From a virus (taxonomy: Duplodnaviria > Caudoviricetes), in the IMG/VR virus record IMGVR_UViG_3300022689_000334, positions 1 to 60,400 of that record: DNA of 60,400 bases; one strand, 5' to 3'. Of the stretch, positions 21,101-30,352 are shown one piece after another (position 1 is the first letter of the stretch; every line of letters begins with the position of its first letter). The notes beneath the pieces are model-generated. The model saw only the letters and a list, made by a program, of their open reading frames with translations, was not told where the DNA came from and searched no databases. A program made the translations under genes and the position numbers.

Positions 21101-22047
21101 CGCAGAGCTGTAGAAGCAACCCGAGCACTTACCCCGAAATCTCGCAAGGTGGCAAAACTGCCAGCCAGTTCATCAAAACTAATTGCTGATGCTGCTGCAA
21201 TAGATCCGGCCTGTTGGTAGAGCCTGAAGAACTCAGCTACCCCGCCAGTGGACCCCGCTGCCGTGGTGTTGATTAAGGTCGTGATCTTATCGCCCAGGGT
21301 TCCTGCAGTCTCCCCCATCTCGCCGAAAATGTTGACCCCGGTTTGGATAACCTTACCGGTCAATACCGGATCTTCCTGGATAGTGTCACTGAGCTTGGTA
21401 ATGTCTCCCAGGTTTTCTTCTACCTGTTGAGCACTAGCACCCAGGGTCAGCAGGGCCGTTCCCAGTTCAGCCACAGTCCCCGGAGTCTGACTGGTGACAG
21501 CGGCATACTCTTTACTGGCATCAGCTAACCATTCCAGTTCCTGTCTGCCAATATTGCTCTTTGCTGAGAACTCCGTGATTGCAGCATCCATCTGACCAAA
21601 CTCTTCATTGGCCCGAGCTACCAACGCGCCCAGGGCATCACCTGTAGCCCTGAATAGACCGAGCAGAGATTGCAGGGTTGCCATAGCTGCACCCCCTGAC
21701 ATCCCGGCTAGAACGGAATTGAAACTTTTGGTGCTGGTTGCCGTTTTCTTGGCTTCCCGGCCTACCCTCTTGAGTCCCTTTTCCACCTGGCCCACGGTGG
21801 TCTTGGTCGGTCGGGCCTTACGGTTAAGAGCCGTTACCTCAGCTACCGTTGCCTTCAGGCCCTTGCTGGCCCCCCTGGACGTAGATTCAATGTCACTGAG
21901 GGCCTGGGTGAAGTTGCGAAGGTTCTCTTGCTTAGGGAGAGCCTTGTTCAGTTTCTCCAGGTCCCTACGAATAGCCCGAATGTTCTTCAGGGTCTCAGGC
22001 GGGGTCTGGTCAATGATCCTAAAAACTAAGCGCCTGGTCTCAGCCAT
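18187..22047 (-). CDS. Tail tape measure protein (TP901 family)
   Basis: About 1290 aa, Ala/Glu/Gln-rich helical; core ASTALRNVIAGFAAPTGEAQALMEGLGMQVFDTEGNF...KIFGRQG; C-terminal RHGGAVEAGQVYRMGEGGPE. Confidence 0.92.
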   Translation of the reverse strand: MAETRRLVFRIIDQTPPETLKNIRAIRRDLEKLNKALPKQENLRNFTQALSDIESTSRGASKGLKATVAEVTALNRKARPTKTTVGQVEKGLKRVGREAKKTATSTKSFNSVLAGMSGGAAMATLQSLLGLFRATGDALGALVARANEEFGQMDAAITEFSAKSNIGRQELEWLADASKEYAAVTSQTPGTVAELGTALLTLGASAQQVEENLGDITKLSDTIQEDPVLTGKVIQTGVNIFGEMGETAGTLGDKITTLINTTAAGSTGGVAEFFRLYQQAGSIAAASAISFDELAGSFATLRDFGVSARVASTALRNVIAGFAAPTGEAQALMEGLGMQVFDTEGNFVGMEAALTQFRDSIQNLGKEEQINLAVKIFGRQGAPAVFALLQQLDGKFQTTMGNLENSAGQVDKTLEVMNQSIERQALLLSGLFSSALADLGQSLAPVRLTVIQLAKDVLSETARASDGLDEMSEAGERLRVTLTENPEVAKRLGEAFAVIGDEVVSQIAQILDALTAFFSEQENVEQLADNFENLAGAVRTVGQVVRFVIALADGIAQLQSAAEGIPIIGDNFDRFFDFPTPINFTIEAIRGLFEVLGALVKKVDETLTEIGINTDEVIRQVVTNAERMFPILKPLIAQVERVLNKLAQLRNGDPNDYQGIENLNDMATATGGAVDALATSAEGFKEAIEDPAESGTDWNQLANDAANVTDSFEDASAAIQNTRDALKEDLQSGFEADERSRSRDEEDARLKREKQNQREINALKEQGEVKVAQMQKDLATELEARSLAHEEELGELKEEQGDLIEQRQEEQAKTLAEVERQTAKEIASFEKSQQRELQSLEEDFQEQQQSDAKAFQQAQQQAAEAHQDRMQQKRDQANREFDALQLEVERRLQIAQAETAEERANLERQFAEEDEAFKERLKIEQQVLRQRGGILSEADREGRLELSPLEQARADFEAQLQQEEKAFQEGQQVAAEEFQKAQQEEAKLFEEEVMQPLREEQEEILYQKRAELEETVIKPLREEQEAALAEYRKEIEQNVIAPFRRQQEEELALFKEQKEGEIAEVKKGYEEEAQRIEEEFNESERQKDRDAEDAKIEREKTHKQAMRDFDLETAEMMKNVLESTQIPAPEVSIDDVNLADGGDTVTIPERRHGGAVEAGQVYRMGEGGPEMVKFSGGGSALVGVGGPQLVQPMTTGVVYTAGQTAQLIQARQAPASLTGGARLSAGGDGNADILARLDTLTKAVNTRPAPRITPQYHFYGQGGDALGTAAQANMATLRQMVKGARL

Positions 22048-22972
22048 CGGCCTCCCCTCCCTGAACAAGACTCTCAGGCAGAGGTGCTGAGAGATTAGGG
22101 TTATCTACCGACTGGGTTTCATGCTGGTTCTCATCCTGGGTTTTATCCTCAGGGGAAACCGTATCTACTTCGGCCAAAGTCTCTTCCTCAGCCTGGGGCT
22201 GGGGTTCTGGCTGGGGAGTCTGGGAAATAGCCCTGACCCGAGGCTTAGGGATACTGGATACCGGCGTACTCTGCGCTTCCTCAGCAGGTGTCCCGACATG
22301 GGCTGTGCGACGACCCTTTTCTCGTTCTTCCCTGGCCCAACGTTCCACATTTCGCTGGTGCCTTGCCTTAGCATCCAGCGAGAAGTATCCCAGGGCATCC
22401 AGTTCTGCCATCAGGTCTCTGGCCCCCACGGCCCGAGCCAACTGGTGCCCCTTAGATAGATCGCCCTGACAGTAGGTTGCAATCATGGCCATCCAGTCAG
22501 CCTTGTCTTGCAACTGGATACCGCCCCCGGCTCCATAGCGACCAGCGCCAATGTGATTGAGTACCCGCAGTGCAGCTCTGACCTGAAACCTTTTCTCTAT
22601 GCGGTCAAAGAGCATCCAGCCAATCATCCTGGGGCTGAACCATCTGAGCTTAATCTGGTTCATCTGGATGCACTCATTAACCAAATACCTGAACCGTTCA
22701 TTGGTTAGGTACAGCTGCTCCAGCGTGACATCTCCGGTCATGGCCTCTGACATGAGACTGACCAGATGATCTAGCTCATTCAGGTTTTCCTCAAACTCAT
22801 GAACGCCATTCTCCGGGTCCCCAGAACATCCCCTGACCCGTCGCCAGCGCCCTGTGACATCTACAAACTCCAGATCGCCACCACCCCTGAACTGATACTC
22901 AAATACCGTGTCAGGGTGATAGTCAATCACCTGAAGCTCTTGCAGTTCTTGTTCAGATGCAGGGATAGGCAT
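22040..22972 (-). CDS. Putative tail assembly chaperone
   Basis: Position between tail tube and tape measure genes. Confidence 0.5.
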   Translation of the reverse strand: MPIPASEQELQELQVIDYHPDTVFEYQFRGGGDLEFVDVTGRWRRVRGCSGDPENGVHEFEENLNELDHLVSLMSEAMTGDVTLEQLYLTNERFRYLVNECIQMNQIKLRWFSPRMIGWMLFDRIEKRFQVRAALRVLNHIGAGRYGAGGGIQLQDKADWMAMIATYCQGDLSKGHQLARAVGARDLMAELDALGYFSLDAKARHQRNVERWAREEREKGRRTAHVGTPAEEAQSTPVSSIPKPRVRAISQTPQPEPQPQAEEETLAEVDTVSPEDKTQDENQHETQSVDNPNLSAPLPESLVQGGEADG

Positions 22973-23084
22973 TAGCTAGTTTATACCGGATAAACTTTTT
23001 AACTTTTTGACAGATAGACAACTAAAGTTCTTAATGGCCAAAGTTCTTAAAGGTTAAACTTTGGCCAAAGTAAAGGCATTAACT

Positions 23085-23873
23085 TTACACCTCAACAATG
23101 GTGTCACTGTTGACCCAGATAAAGGGTTCTTCGTAGCCGGAAGGAGTGGCTGGGGTTGCGGTGATCTCCAGTGCAGGCACATCCTGGCTAAAGTCAACAC
23201 TGGGGCGACCGTCCAGCGTGACCTCAGGGAACATAATGTCGTACCCTGCCGATGGCTTGGTGCTGTAGACCTTGCCAAAGAACTTGAAGGTGCCCAGCGG
23301 TACTGAGGTGCCGGGTCCCCCGATGGCCTCAGCAGCAGCAATGTTGATAGGAGGGGTGTAGCTGAAAGGTCTTCCTGCAGCACTGGAATGAAAGATGAGC
23401 ATCCCGTTTGTGGTGTCAATCTGCACTTCATTCATGGCAGCCGGGGCCGTAGTAGCATCAGCTGTTGGGGTAAGAGGTTGAGGGGGGCTACCGGGGATAC
23501 CGGAGTTGAAGTAGACATAGAGGTCTGGACGATTGGCCTCCGTGATCTTGGAGTCAGGGAACTGGAAGGGGCCGGTATCAGGCACGTTGCCATACTTCAG
23601 TGCAGGCATATTGAACCCGGTCAGGTTCTTAGCAAAGTTGCCCATTGCAAACTGAATCTGCGCCCAGTCAATGTCATTGATCCGGAAGGTCAGGGTGTCT
23701 GTGATCACGCCCTGCGCTGAGGACTGGTCACGCAGTCGGCCCTTGACAAATTTCTGGGATTTCTTCACCTCAGCCGCACTTTCATAGGTGAAGTTGAGCA
23801 AGTTGAGTTCTATGAGCTGGTTAATGGCCAAGCTGGTCGTGATCACACCTAGATCGCCAATTCCTTCAAGCAT
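23085..23873 (-). CDS. Major tail tube protein
   Basis: Size, position and beta-rich pattern (LTFRINDID...FKFFGKV...IMFPEVTLDG...LEITAT). Confidence 0.65.
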   Translation of the reverse strand: MLEGIGDLGVITTSLAINQLIELNLLNFTYESAAEVKKSQKFVKGRLRDQSSAQGVITDTLTFRINDIDWAQIQFAMGNFAKNLTGFNMPALKYGNVPDTGPFQFPDSKITEANRPDLYVYFNSGIPGSPPQPLTPTADATTAPAAMNEVQIDTTNGMLIFHSSAAGRPFSYTPPINIAAAEAIGGPGTSVPLGTFKFFGKVYSTKPSAGYDIMFPEVTLDGRPSVDFSQDVPALEITATPATPSGYEEPFIWVNSDTIVEV

Positions 23874-24354
23874 GGGGATAGTCTCCTGGTCTGGTTTCAA
23901 AAATCAGATCCAGCTCGTAAGCGTCGTAATAGTCCCATCGCTTGCTTCCCTTGACCCGGCCCACAAGTCCCCCGGAGACATGGCGCAAGGCCCCGTCTAC
24001 CGTGTATTTCTTGTGCGAGATCTCGGGCTTGAACCCAGCCAGTGCAGTCTTGCTATACTCCCTGGCCTGGTTGCATCCTGTATTCCCTTGACGGTTGAAC
24101 ATTAAGAACCGCAACTCAATGGCAACCGTATTCTTTTCCCTGACCTTGTCCCGTCGCGCTCCCTGCAGGGGAATTGGATTAGTCCCATCCTGGTAGGCCC
24201 GAACGAGAACGATGCCCCGTTTATTTGCCTTGCCAAGACTCTCCAGGTCGTCAGGATAGGGGATGACCTCACAGAGGGGTAATAGGTCTCTATGGGTCAG
24301 TAGACGGGCTGTGACGACCTCTTCAATCAGGGAGTCTCTATCCTGTGCAGACAT
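23866..24354 (-). CDS. Putative tail terminator (Mu gp37-like)
   Basis: Position and ALAGFKP motif. Confidence 0.5.
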   Translation of the reverse strand: MSAQDRDSLIEEVVTARLLTHRDLLPLCEVIPYPDDLESLGKANKRGIVLVRAYQDGTNPIPLQGARRDKVREKNTVAIELRFLMFNRQGNTGCNQAREYSKTALAGFKPEISHKKYTVDGALRHVSGGLVGRVKGSKRWDYYDAYELDLIFETRPGDYPHA

Positions 24355-24629
24355 TAGCTATTGCTCCCTGAACTACCCCCCTGGGAAGAACTTGAGCCAC
24401 TGCCTGAGCTACTGCCTGAACTACTGCCTGATGAAGACTTGTTGTCCTCTTTGTGCTCAACAATTTTGCCCTGACTAATCAGGGCCTTGACCGAAGGGTT
24501 CTCCGAGTCAAGGTGGGCCGTGTCCCCCTGCATTAGGGTTTGTCCAGGACTGATTTGCCCCATGTCTGCACTACCGAAAGTGACGCTGTGGTCCGTTATT
24601 CGGTACAGAGTCAGGTTTGGTTTTGCCAT
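24354..24629 (-). CDS. Small virion-module protein with Ser/Gly tail
   Basis: AGGA RBS before MAKPNL; C-terminal SSGSS repeats. Confidence 0.6.
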   Translation of the reverse strand: MAKPNLTLYRITDHSVTFGSADMGQISPGQTLMQGDTAHLDSENPSVKALISQGKIVEHKEDNKSSSGSSSGSSSGSGSSSSQGGSSGSNS

Positions 24630-24660
24630 GACTAATCCTTGCCAACTTTGGCCGAAGTGA

Positions 24661-25155
24661 TTAAAAAAGCGGGTTGTTATCCCAGGCTTGATCAAGCTGG
24701 GATAGGTAAATTGCTAGATACTGGTCCTCCTTCTGCGGGGTAATGTCCAGGAACGGACGCGCCGGGATGTAGACCATCGTTCCGTTGCCAAAGGCTTCCC
24801 GGTAGTCGCCAAAGTGCTGAGTCGCGGCATAGTCCAGGTCGCTCAGGGCCTCAATCATCCCCTGATCCCCTCCGTCATTGGCAGAGACCTGAATGGTCTC
24901 TCGCAACGTCAGGGTCTTATGCAAAATGCGCGTGTCAAAACCCCTGGCCCGTTTCCAGGCCACATACTTAGGATTCAACGGTTCCCACCGACCATAAGGG
25001 CCAGTCTGTTGTTCAAAGTATTGGTCAATCGTCTCGGCCAGATCCGCCTTGATTCGGTTCCTGGCCGGACTCCGGTCCTCCAAGAACTCTTCCAGGCCCC
25101 AGAGACTCAGTTCCAGGGGTCTGGAGTCAAAGTAGACACGGAGGGCAACGGTCAT
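24661..25155 (-). CDS. Phage virion morphogenesis protein (Mu gpG / P2 S family)
   Basis: FEQQTGPYGRWEPL...ILHKTLTLR...YAATQHFG...IPARPFL. Confidence 0.88.
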   Translation of the reverse strand: MTVALRVYFDSRPLELSLWGLEEFLEDRSPARNRIKADLAETIDQYFEQQTGPYGRWEPLNPKYVAWKRARGFDTRILHKTLTLRETIQVSANDGGDQGMIEALSDLDYAATQHFGDYREAFGNGTMVYIPARPFLDITPQKEDQYLAIYLSQLDQAWDNNPLF

Positions 25156-25259
25156 TATGCACAAGTTATCAACGTCCCCAGTGTGGCTTAAGCCACCTCA
25201 TAAAAAAAGGCTAGCCCAAAGGCTAGCCCAGTTCCTGTCCCCGGCTAGGGGTTACCCCC

Positions 25260-25568
25260 CTAGAACACTTCAATTCCGTACTTTCCAGCCACCGGCTTGC
25301 AGTCATCAATAGCCGGGATGTAGTAAAACAGGTTCTCACTGCCGCGCCGCGCTGCAATGCCCATGCAGTAACCCATAGCTTGGGATTCAGGGTCTACCAG
25401 GTTAATGCGTCCCTCTACCTGGCCCATGTTCAAGGTGGAGTCGCAGGCATCCAGGGTGTAACCCTGCTCTTTCATACCCAGAACCCAGTTAATCAGGGCA
25501 TCCTGAACGGCCTCAACAGTCTTGCAATCAGAAAACTTGCGGGTCAGGTCAGCAGCTTCAATTGACAT
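25260..25568 (-). CDS. Hypothetical protein (self-promoted cassette)
   Basis: AGGAG RBS, leader motif and palindrome-containing promoter upstream. Confidence 0.75.
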   Translation of the reverse strand: MSIEAADLTRKFSDCKTVEAVQDALINWVLGMKEQGYTLDACDSTLNMGQVEGRINLVDPESQAMGYCMGIAARRGSENLFYYIPAIDDCKPVAGKYGIEVF

Positions 25569-25683
25569 GGCGGTTTCTCCTGTGGTGCGGTGGTGGTGTG
25601 TTTGTCTTTACTTCTTTATATTAATCCACTTCGGCCAAAGTTGCAAGGGGTTGGCCAGAAAAAACTTTGCCAACCCCTTGCCA

Positions 25684-25836
25684 TTACTCAAGCTCAGGGT
25701 TTTCAGGGCTGGAGATTTTAATTTCAACTTGAACGGTGCCCCGGCTTTCAACGTAGTTGGCCATAGCGTTGACCCCGGCTTGAACAAGCTGACTACCAAC
25801 GACAACGACTCCAGCAAGGGTAAGGATAATTTTCAT
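25684..25836 (-). CDS. 50-aa protein with signal/membrane N-terminus (not in ORF track)
   Basis: MKIILTLAGVVVVGSQLVQAGVNAMANYVESRGTVQVEIKISSPENPELE; leader motif directly upstream. Confidence 0.6.
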   Translation of the reverse strand: MKIILTLAGVVVVGSQLVQAGVNAMANYVESRGTVQVEIKISSPENPELE

Positions 25837-26022
25837 GGCGGTCTCTGTGGTGTTTGGTGTTTTGTCTTTACCCTTTTATATTAACACCATGCAGAGGCCC
25901 TGAACCCGTATAACTACGGGGTTTCGGGGCAATACGCCAAATTGCGTACTCTTAAAACTGCACACGAAAAAGCCCCGCATAGAGTCGGGGCTTTGCTGAA
26001 CCAGTATTAGTCTACCGGACCC

Positions 26023-26448
26023 TTAAGCCAGGTCTGAGCTGACCAGAGCAAAGGCAATGGTGCCGTCAGGGTTGAGGGTAGGAACCAGGCGAGAGATACG
26101 GCCTGATCCACGGTATGTCCTCTGCCCATTGCCGTCCTGTTGAGTATCCTGAGCAACTGCACCTGGAATAGGAAGGGGTCTGGTGGTGTCTGGCAGTTCA
26201 GGCCCCCCCTGGTCTACTGGAGTGAGGGCCAAGGGGTTTCTGTTGATAGGCACAGGGATGGGAAACCGTCGCCGTTTGGCCAGTAGCTCAGCCGGAGCTT
26301 GCGTGGAGTGGATGATGCAGCCGTCTGAAGCTGCGCCCTCAGGGGCAATGCTCGGGGCACCTGAGGGCAGGGCCGCAACAGCTGCTCCAGCAGCAACGGA
26401 ACCCAGGGCAGTAAGAGTAGTGAAGGTGATTGCAAGTGGCTTGTTCAT
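26023..26448 (-). CDS. Secreted PatX/PatS-like RGSGR-motif protein
   Basis: Signal-peptide-like N-terminus, Pro-rich body, RGSGR at residues 113-117 (nt 26098-26112); own leader motif. Confidence 0.6.
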   Translation of the reverse strand: MNKPLAITFTTLTALGSVAAGAAVAALPSGAPSIAPEGAASDGCIIHSTQAPAELLAKRRRFPIPVPINRNPLALTPVDQGGPELPDTTRPLPIPGAVAQDTQQDGNGQRTYRGSGRISRLVPTLNPDGTIAFALVSSDLA

Positions 26449-26541
26449 AGGGCGAAACTTGGTGGTGTTTTGTCTTTACCCCTTTATAATTGCTTAATCC
26501 GGGTTATTTATCCCCGGTGAGATTACCTAACTTTGCCGGGT

Positions 26542-26991
26542 CTAGGAGTGAGGGCTGATGGCGTGTTCCAGATCCAGCATGAGATCTTCTGCCCAGTTTC
26601 TGGCTTTGGCCAAAGCTTCTTCAGGGGTTAAGCCTAATGTCCCGTCTGTGTGAAACAGGAATACTCCCTGAGGGCCTGTGGTGCGTATGGCGGCGCTGGC
26701 CCCAAAGGATGTCACCCAAAGCTCTATCTTGAGCTGCAAGCTGAGGCTGGAGACTGCATAAAACTCATCCGGTCGGGATGTCTGGTCAAAGCGAATACCG
26801 GGGAAGGCAAGGGCAATAGCCCCACGGATATGGTCATCTGCAGGGCGGTTGAGTTGAGGTTGCACGTTGAATAGTTCCGGTTGAATGTGCATGTCCTGAA
26901 GGGGAGAACTCCCCTCCAGCTTAAGGGTGTACTGGGAATTTCTCTCCCCTGGCTCCATCCTGGAATACGGCAGGGACAGAGGGATGTTCAA
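26542..26991 (-). CDS. Hypothetical protein
   Basis: 149-aa ORF continuing the minus-strand accessory operon. Confidence 0.55.
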   Translation of the reverse strand: MNIPLSLPYSRMEPGERNSQYTLKLEGSSPLQDMHIQPELFNVQPQLNRPADDHIRGAIALAFPGIRFDQTSRPDEFYAVSSLSLQLKIELWVTSFGASAAIRTTGPQGVFLFHTDGTLGLTPEEALAKARNWAEDLMLDLEHAISPHS

Positions 26992-27904
26992 TCCACTTCA
27001 GGGGGGCCTTCCCCTGGATAGACCGTTCCCTGACCCAGGCGGGTCGGTCTCCCCAGGCCCAGACTGTATTGCCCCTGCCCTCTGCCCAGGCCTTAAAGTC
27101 AGCCAGCTGGGGGTCATCGCTGGCATCTCCGTACCCTGGCCAGATATCCAGGATGAAGCTATCGTAAGGGGTTTCAATGCCTGCAGCACAACTCTCCTGA
27201 TGACACCGTAGGGTTTCCCACAGGTCTCCCCTGAATGTGCCTACCAATTTGTCAGCATGGGGACTGCTTTCTGGAATGCAGTTAAAGACATCAACTACGG
27301 CAGGGTCAATCTCAATTATGGTCACGGTCTCAACTTCTGGCTTGGCCAGAATCTCAGAGGCCATCCAGCCCAGGCCCAATCCCCCGATCAACACATGACC
27401 ATGGGCAGCTTCTATCCCTGGTTTGCAGGTGATGATTTCCATCGGAGTCAGGCTCATCCAGGTGTCTTCGTTGTCCCATAGGATGGGAACGGGTATGTCC
27501 CCCGTAAAAAACGCCCAGGCATGATTGCCCTGGTCATCCCAGACTCGCATGGAATGAAACCCTGTCTTTTCCATGCCTGCTATGCCATCCCCACCGGCCA
27601 TGACCAGGCGAGTCTTTGCGTGATGCACTCTCCAGGCAAAAGCCCGGCCAGTGTCCATATCCAGGATGGCAGCAGAGATGTCAATCTGTCGTTCAAGCCA
27701 GTCAATGTAGGCATCTGCATCAAATAGCAACACCTCCCCGTTGCGCTGAATTTCCCAGTCCAAAGGGTCCGTTATGAGTCGGGCATGGTTCAGGGTGTGG
27801 GGACTTGAATCATTAAGCCCCTTCATCATGTTCACAATCTGATCCAGGTGTGCTGTCGTGATGCCGGTCAGGCCGTTGCTCAGAATTACGTCGTCATCAA
27901 GCAT
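26921..27904 (-). CDS. Spermidine-synthase-like SAM-dependent transferase
   Basis: WMSLTPME...VLIGGLGLGW...VTIIEIDPAVV...YDSFILDIW. Confidence 0.7.
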   Translation of the reverse strand: MLDDDVILSNGLTGITTAHLDQIVNMMKGLNDSSPHTLNHARLITDPLDWEIQRNGEVLLFDADAYIDWLERQIDISAAILDMDTGRAFAWRVHHAKTRLVMAGGDGIAGMEKTGFHSMRVWDDQGNHAWAFFTGDIPVPILWDNEDTWMSLTPMEIITCKPGIEAAHGHVLIGGLGLGWMASEILAKPEVETVTIIEIDPAVVDVFNCIPESSPHADKLVGTFRGDLWETLRCHQESCAAGIETPYDSFILDIWPGYGDASDDPQLADFKAWAEGRGNTVWAWGDRPAWVRERSIQGKAPLKWIEHPSVPAVFQDGARGEKFPVHP

Positions 27905-28610
27905 TAGCCAAGGTCTCCTGTGGTGTTTGTGTTTTGCAAGATGTTAGGCACCCATCAACGCATCGTTGCAGGATGTCTTCATGTAACCTTTGGCCGAAGT
28001 CATCAGCGTAGAGGCCGGACTGTTGCGCAATTTCTCGCCAGAGAGGAATCAACGCCCTGATACTGCTTACGTTCGGCGGGATGATTTGCTGGGTCAAGCC
28101 CGGTTCTGGGATGTACGCCAGGTCTTTCACCACGGCCAGAGCATTCGGGTGGCCGCAGACGACGGCAGGAAGATCAACCCGGTTGCAGGGAACACCCATT
28201 TCCTTGCAAGAGCTGGGCCACCAGATGGCGGCAAAGTCCACGACGATGATCTCATGGTCGTTGCTTTCGTCAATGACCGTCCCCGGCTCAACATCTCCCA
28301 CCAAAATATTCCAGGCATGAAACTCGTCTATGCGCCCCTCTGCCTGAGCTGCTTTGTTCTCGGCGCTGTTAAAGTCCATCTCCAGTCTCCACGGCGGGAA
28401 ACCCGAGTTATCCGGCTCGGCTACCCTGACACTGATGGAGCCAGCGCCAATATCCCAGGATTCATGGGTCAGGTCTCTCAGGGCAAAGGCCCCGATTGCG
28501 GCTGTCAAATGACAGAGCTGGTGACAATATTTAGGGGATGCCGCCATCATGGTGCGCGTGATGGAGTCCTGAAGCTGCCCCAGGGGGGCTGTGTCCTGTC
28601 CTATCAACAT
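27897..28610 (-). CDS. Hypothetical protein, possible transglutaminase/papain-like Cys-His-Asp
   Basis: LCHLTAAIG...FHAWN...VVDF. Confidence 0.5.
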   Translation of the reverse strand: MLIGQDTAPLGQLQDSITRTMMAASPKYCHQLCHLTAAIGAFALRDLTHESWDIGAGSISVRVAEPDNSGFPPWRLEMDFNSAENKAAQAEGRIDEFHAWNILVGDVEPGTVIDESNDHEIIVVDFAAIWWPSSCKEMGVPCNRVDLPAVVCGHPNALAVVKDLAYIPEPGLTQQIIPPNVSSIRALIPLWREIAQQSGLYADDFGQRLHEDILQRCVDGCLTSCKTQTPQETLANA

Positions 28611-28906
28611 GGCTGTGTCCCCGCAGGTAGCCAGAGGGAAGACCGTCTGGTAGGGGTAGTGAGGTTCTGTAAGACGCGGCGGTAGATTGCCTGATTGCCC
28701 CGGTCTATCCAACGACCCTCGCAATAGGACCATTCCCTAAAACCAGCGTGATCCGGGGTGTCTTCCGTAACGACGAGAGCCCCGTCTATCTGGGTGACCA
28801 GACCTGTCTCTGCACTGGGCAGGCCATCGGCAATGGAGACTCCTGAAACGTTCGTTTCTTCCTCAGGGGGAAGACTATACAGGTCAAGGGTGCATTGGGC
28901 TGTCAT
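28604..28906 (-). CDS. Hypothetical protein
   Basis: First gene after the leader motif at about 28920-28935. Confidence 0.65.
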   Translation of the reverse strand: MTAQCTLDLYSLPPEEETNVSGVSIADGLPSAETGLVTQIDGALVVTEDTPDHAGFREWSYCEGRWIDRGNQAIYRRVLQNLTTPTRRSSLWLPAGTQPC

Positions 28907-29043
28907 CGGGTCTTTCGTGTTTTGTCTTTACCCTTTTATATTACTCCCCTGCCCCTAACTTGTAAAGGGGTAAATAAAATAAAAACGGTATGCCTTGCAG
29001 CACACCGCTTTGAATGTTTGCAGAGATTACGACGTGGAACTTC

Positions 29044-29874
29044 TTAATAACCCATTAAGCCACTTAAACCCTTTCTCGTAAAGACTCTGGTTCCACGGCC
29101 AACGCTACCGCCCACCCTGAGGGTTTCTGGGTCTCCAGGGGTGATGGGCACCCCTCCCTCATCCAGCAATATCTCTTCCCCTTTGGCTATGCGCTTAAGC
29201 CTTGCCAGGGTGTCGTCATAGCGTTTTCGGACATCCTCTCTGGCTCCATAGCGCAAATCCAGGAAGTAACGGGCTAACTGGATATTGATGTGTGCTAAAG
29301 CCCTGGGAACAGGCTTAATGGCCCTGAGTTCCGGGATTGAGTATCGGGCTGCCAAGATTGGTTCCATCTCTGACACCCCTTGCACCAGAGCATCCCAGAT
29401 TTGCACTAGATTGATCTGTCCATTATTCAGATTATCCAGATCGCTCAGGTCCAGAGCATCCAGGCCCCCTGACTCCCCTGCGGTGCGATAGTCAACGGTC
29501 GTTGCATAGGCAAAGGGTTCATAACCAGGAATGATAACGGGGTCACCGCCCGAGTCACCGCCCGAGTCACCGCCTGGAACAGGTTGGCCGACGACGCCCA
29601 GGGAGACATATTGCTGAAACTCGTTTCCGCCCAGAGCATAGTTAAACGTCAGGGAAACGGTATCTCCGTCATCCCAAGTTTCCGGGGCCGGGAAGCTGTA
29701 TCCGTAGACCCCCTTAACAATCGACCCGTTCACCGTCACCGACACTTCTTCAACACTGATCAGCTGGGTGTTGTGAATTAGCGAGACTACGGGCAGTTCA
29801 TCAGAGTTTATAAGTCGTCCATCTGCTTCAATGGCAAAGGTATTTTCAAATAACCTGCCGGGAGTGATTTGCAT
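29044..29874 (-). CDS. Head-tail adaptor (Mu gp36 / DUF1320) with N-terminal extension
   Basis: C-terminal YAT..D...LAARYSIP...LARYFL...VRKRYDDTLARLKRIAKGE...VFTR; GGDS-repeat linker. Confidence 0.8.
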   Translation of the reverse strand: MQITPGRLFENTFAIEADGRLINSDELPVVSLIHNTQLISVEEVSVTVNGSIVKGVYGYSFPAPETWDDGDTVSLTFNYALGGNEFQQYVSLGVVGQPVPGGDSGGDSGGDPVIIPGYEPFAYATTVDYRTAGESGGLDALDLSDLDNLNNGQINLVQIWDALVQGVSEMEPILAARYSIPELRAIKPVPRALAHINIQLARYFLDLRYGAREDVRKRYDDTLARLKRIAKGEEILLDEGGVPITPGDPETLRVGGSVGRGTRVFTRKGLSGLMGY

Positions 29875-29887
29875 ACTTTGGCCAAAG

Positions 29888-30343
29888 TTACTCCGGGTTG
29901 CAGACCAACAAGGGTTTTACCTCAGGCCACTTAGCCCGAGCCGTCCCCATTAGGTCTGCCTTGTCGGGCACCTCATCCAGGGATTCATAAGGCCGATTAT
30001 CGACCACGGCCTGGGCTGACCCCCTGCCGATGCCGCTGACCTTGCTAAAGACCCGGATAAGGTCATCCAGGGAAGCTGAGTTGATGTCTACCGGCTCTGA
30101 TTCTTCTGCTGGTTCCTCATCAGTCAGTTGCACTTCTGGATTAGAAATTGCAACTTCTGTATGACCAGCAGGGTCTTCAGGTTCAATGGCCTCAATCACT
30201 TGATGGGGCAAGCTGAGTAGACGATTAGCAACATCCTCGGGGAGTTGAACAGTATCCCCTTTCACATAGGTTCCCCCATACCTGAGCCGACTGAGGACCC
30301 TATAAGACTTGAGTTCAGGGGATGACTGGGTGTCTTCTGCCAT
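29888..30343 (-). CDS. Head-module protein with helix-hairpin-helix (ComEA-like) domain
   Basis: VDINSASLDDL...SGIGRGSAQAVVDNRPYESLDE. Confidence 0.75.
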   Translation of the reverse strand: MAEDTQSSPELKSYRVLSRLRYGGTYVKGDTVQLPEDVANRLLSLPHQVIEAIEPEDPAGHTEVAISNPEVQLTDEEPAEESEPVDINSASLDDLIRVFSKVSGIGRGSAQAVVDNRPYESLDEVPDKADLMGTARAKWPEVKPLLVCNPE

Positions 30344-30352
30344 GGCTACTTA

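Noticed and set aside
22040-22972. Programmed frameshift in the tail chaperone
   Set aside because: A single uninterrupted ORF fills the gap between tail tube and tape measure; no second-frame ORF is needed.
25608-25817. Track ORF of 69 aa
   Set aside because: It runs through the next promoter; the alternative frame 25684-25836 has an ATG positioned after the leader motif.
27990-28685. Long antisense ORFs (also 7801-8406, 55624-56292, 57130-57810 and others)
   Set aside because: Shadow frames opposite well-supported genes in GC-rich DNA; no motif support.
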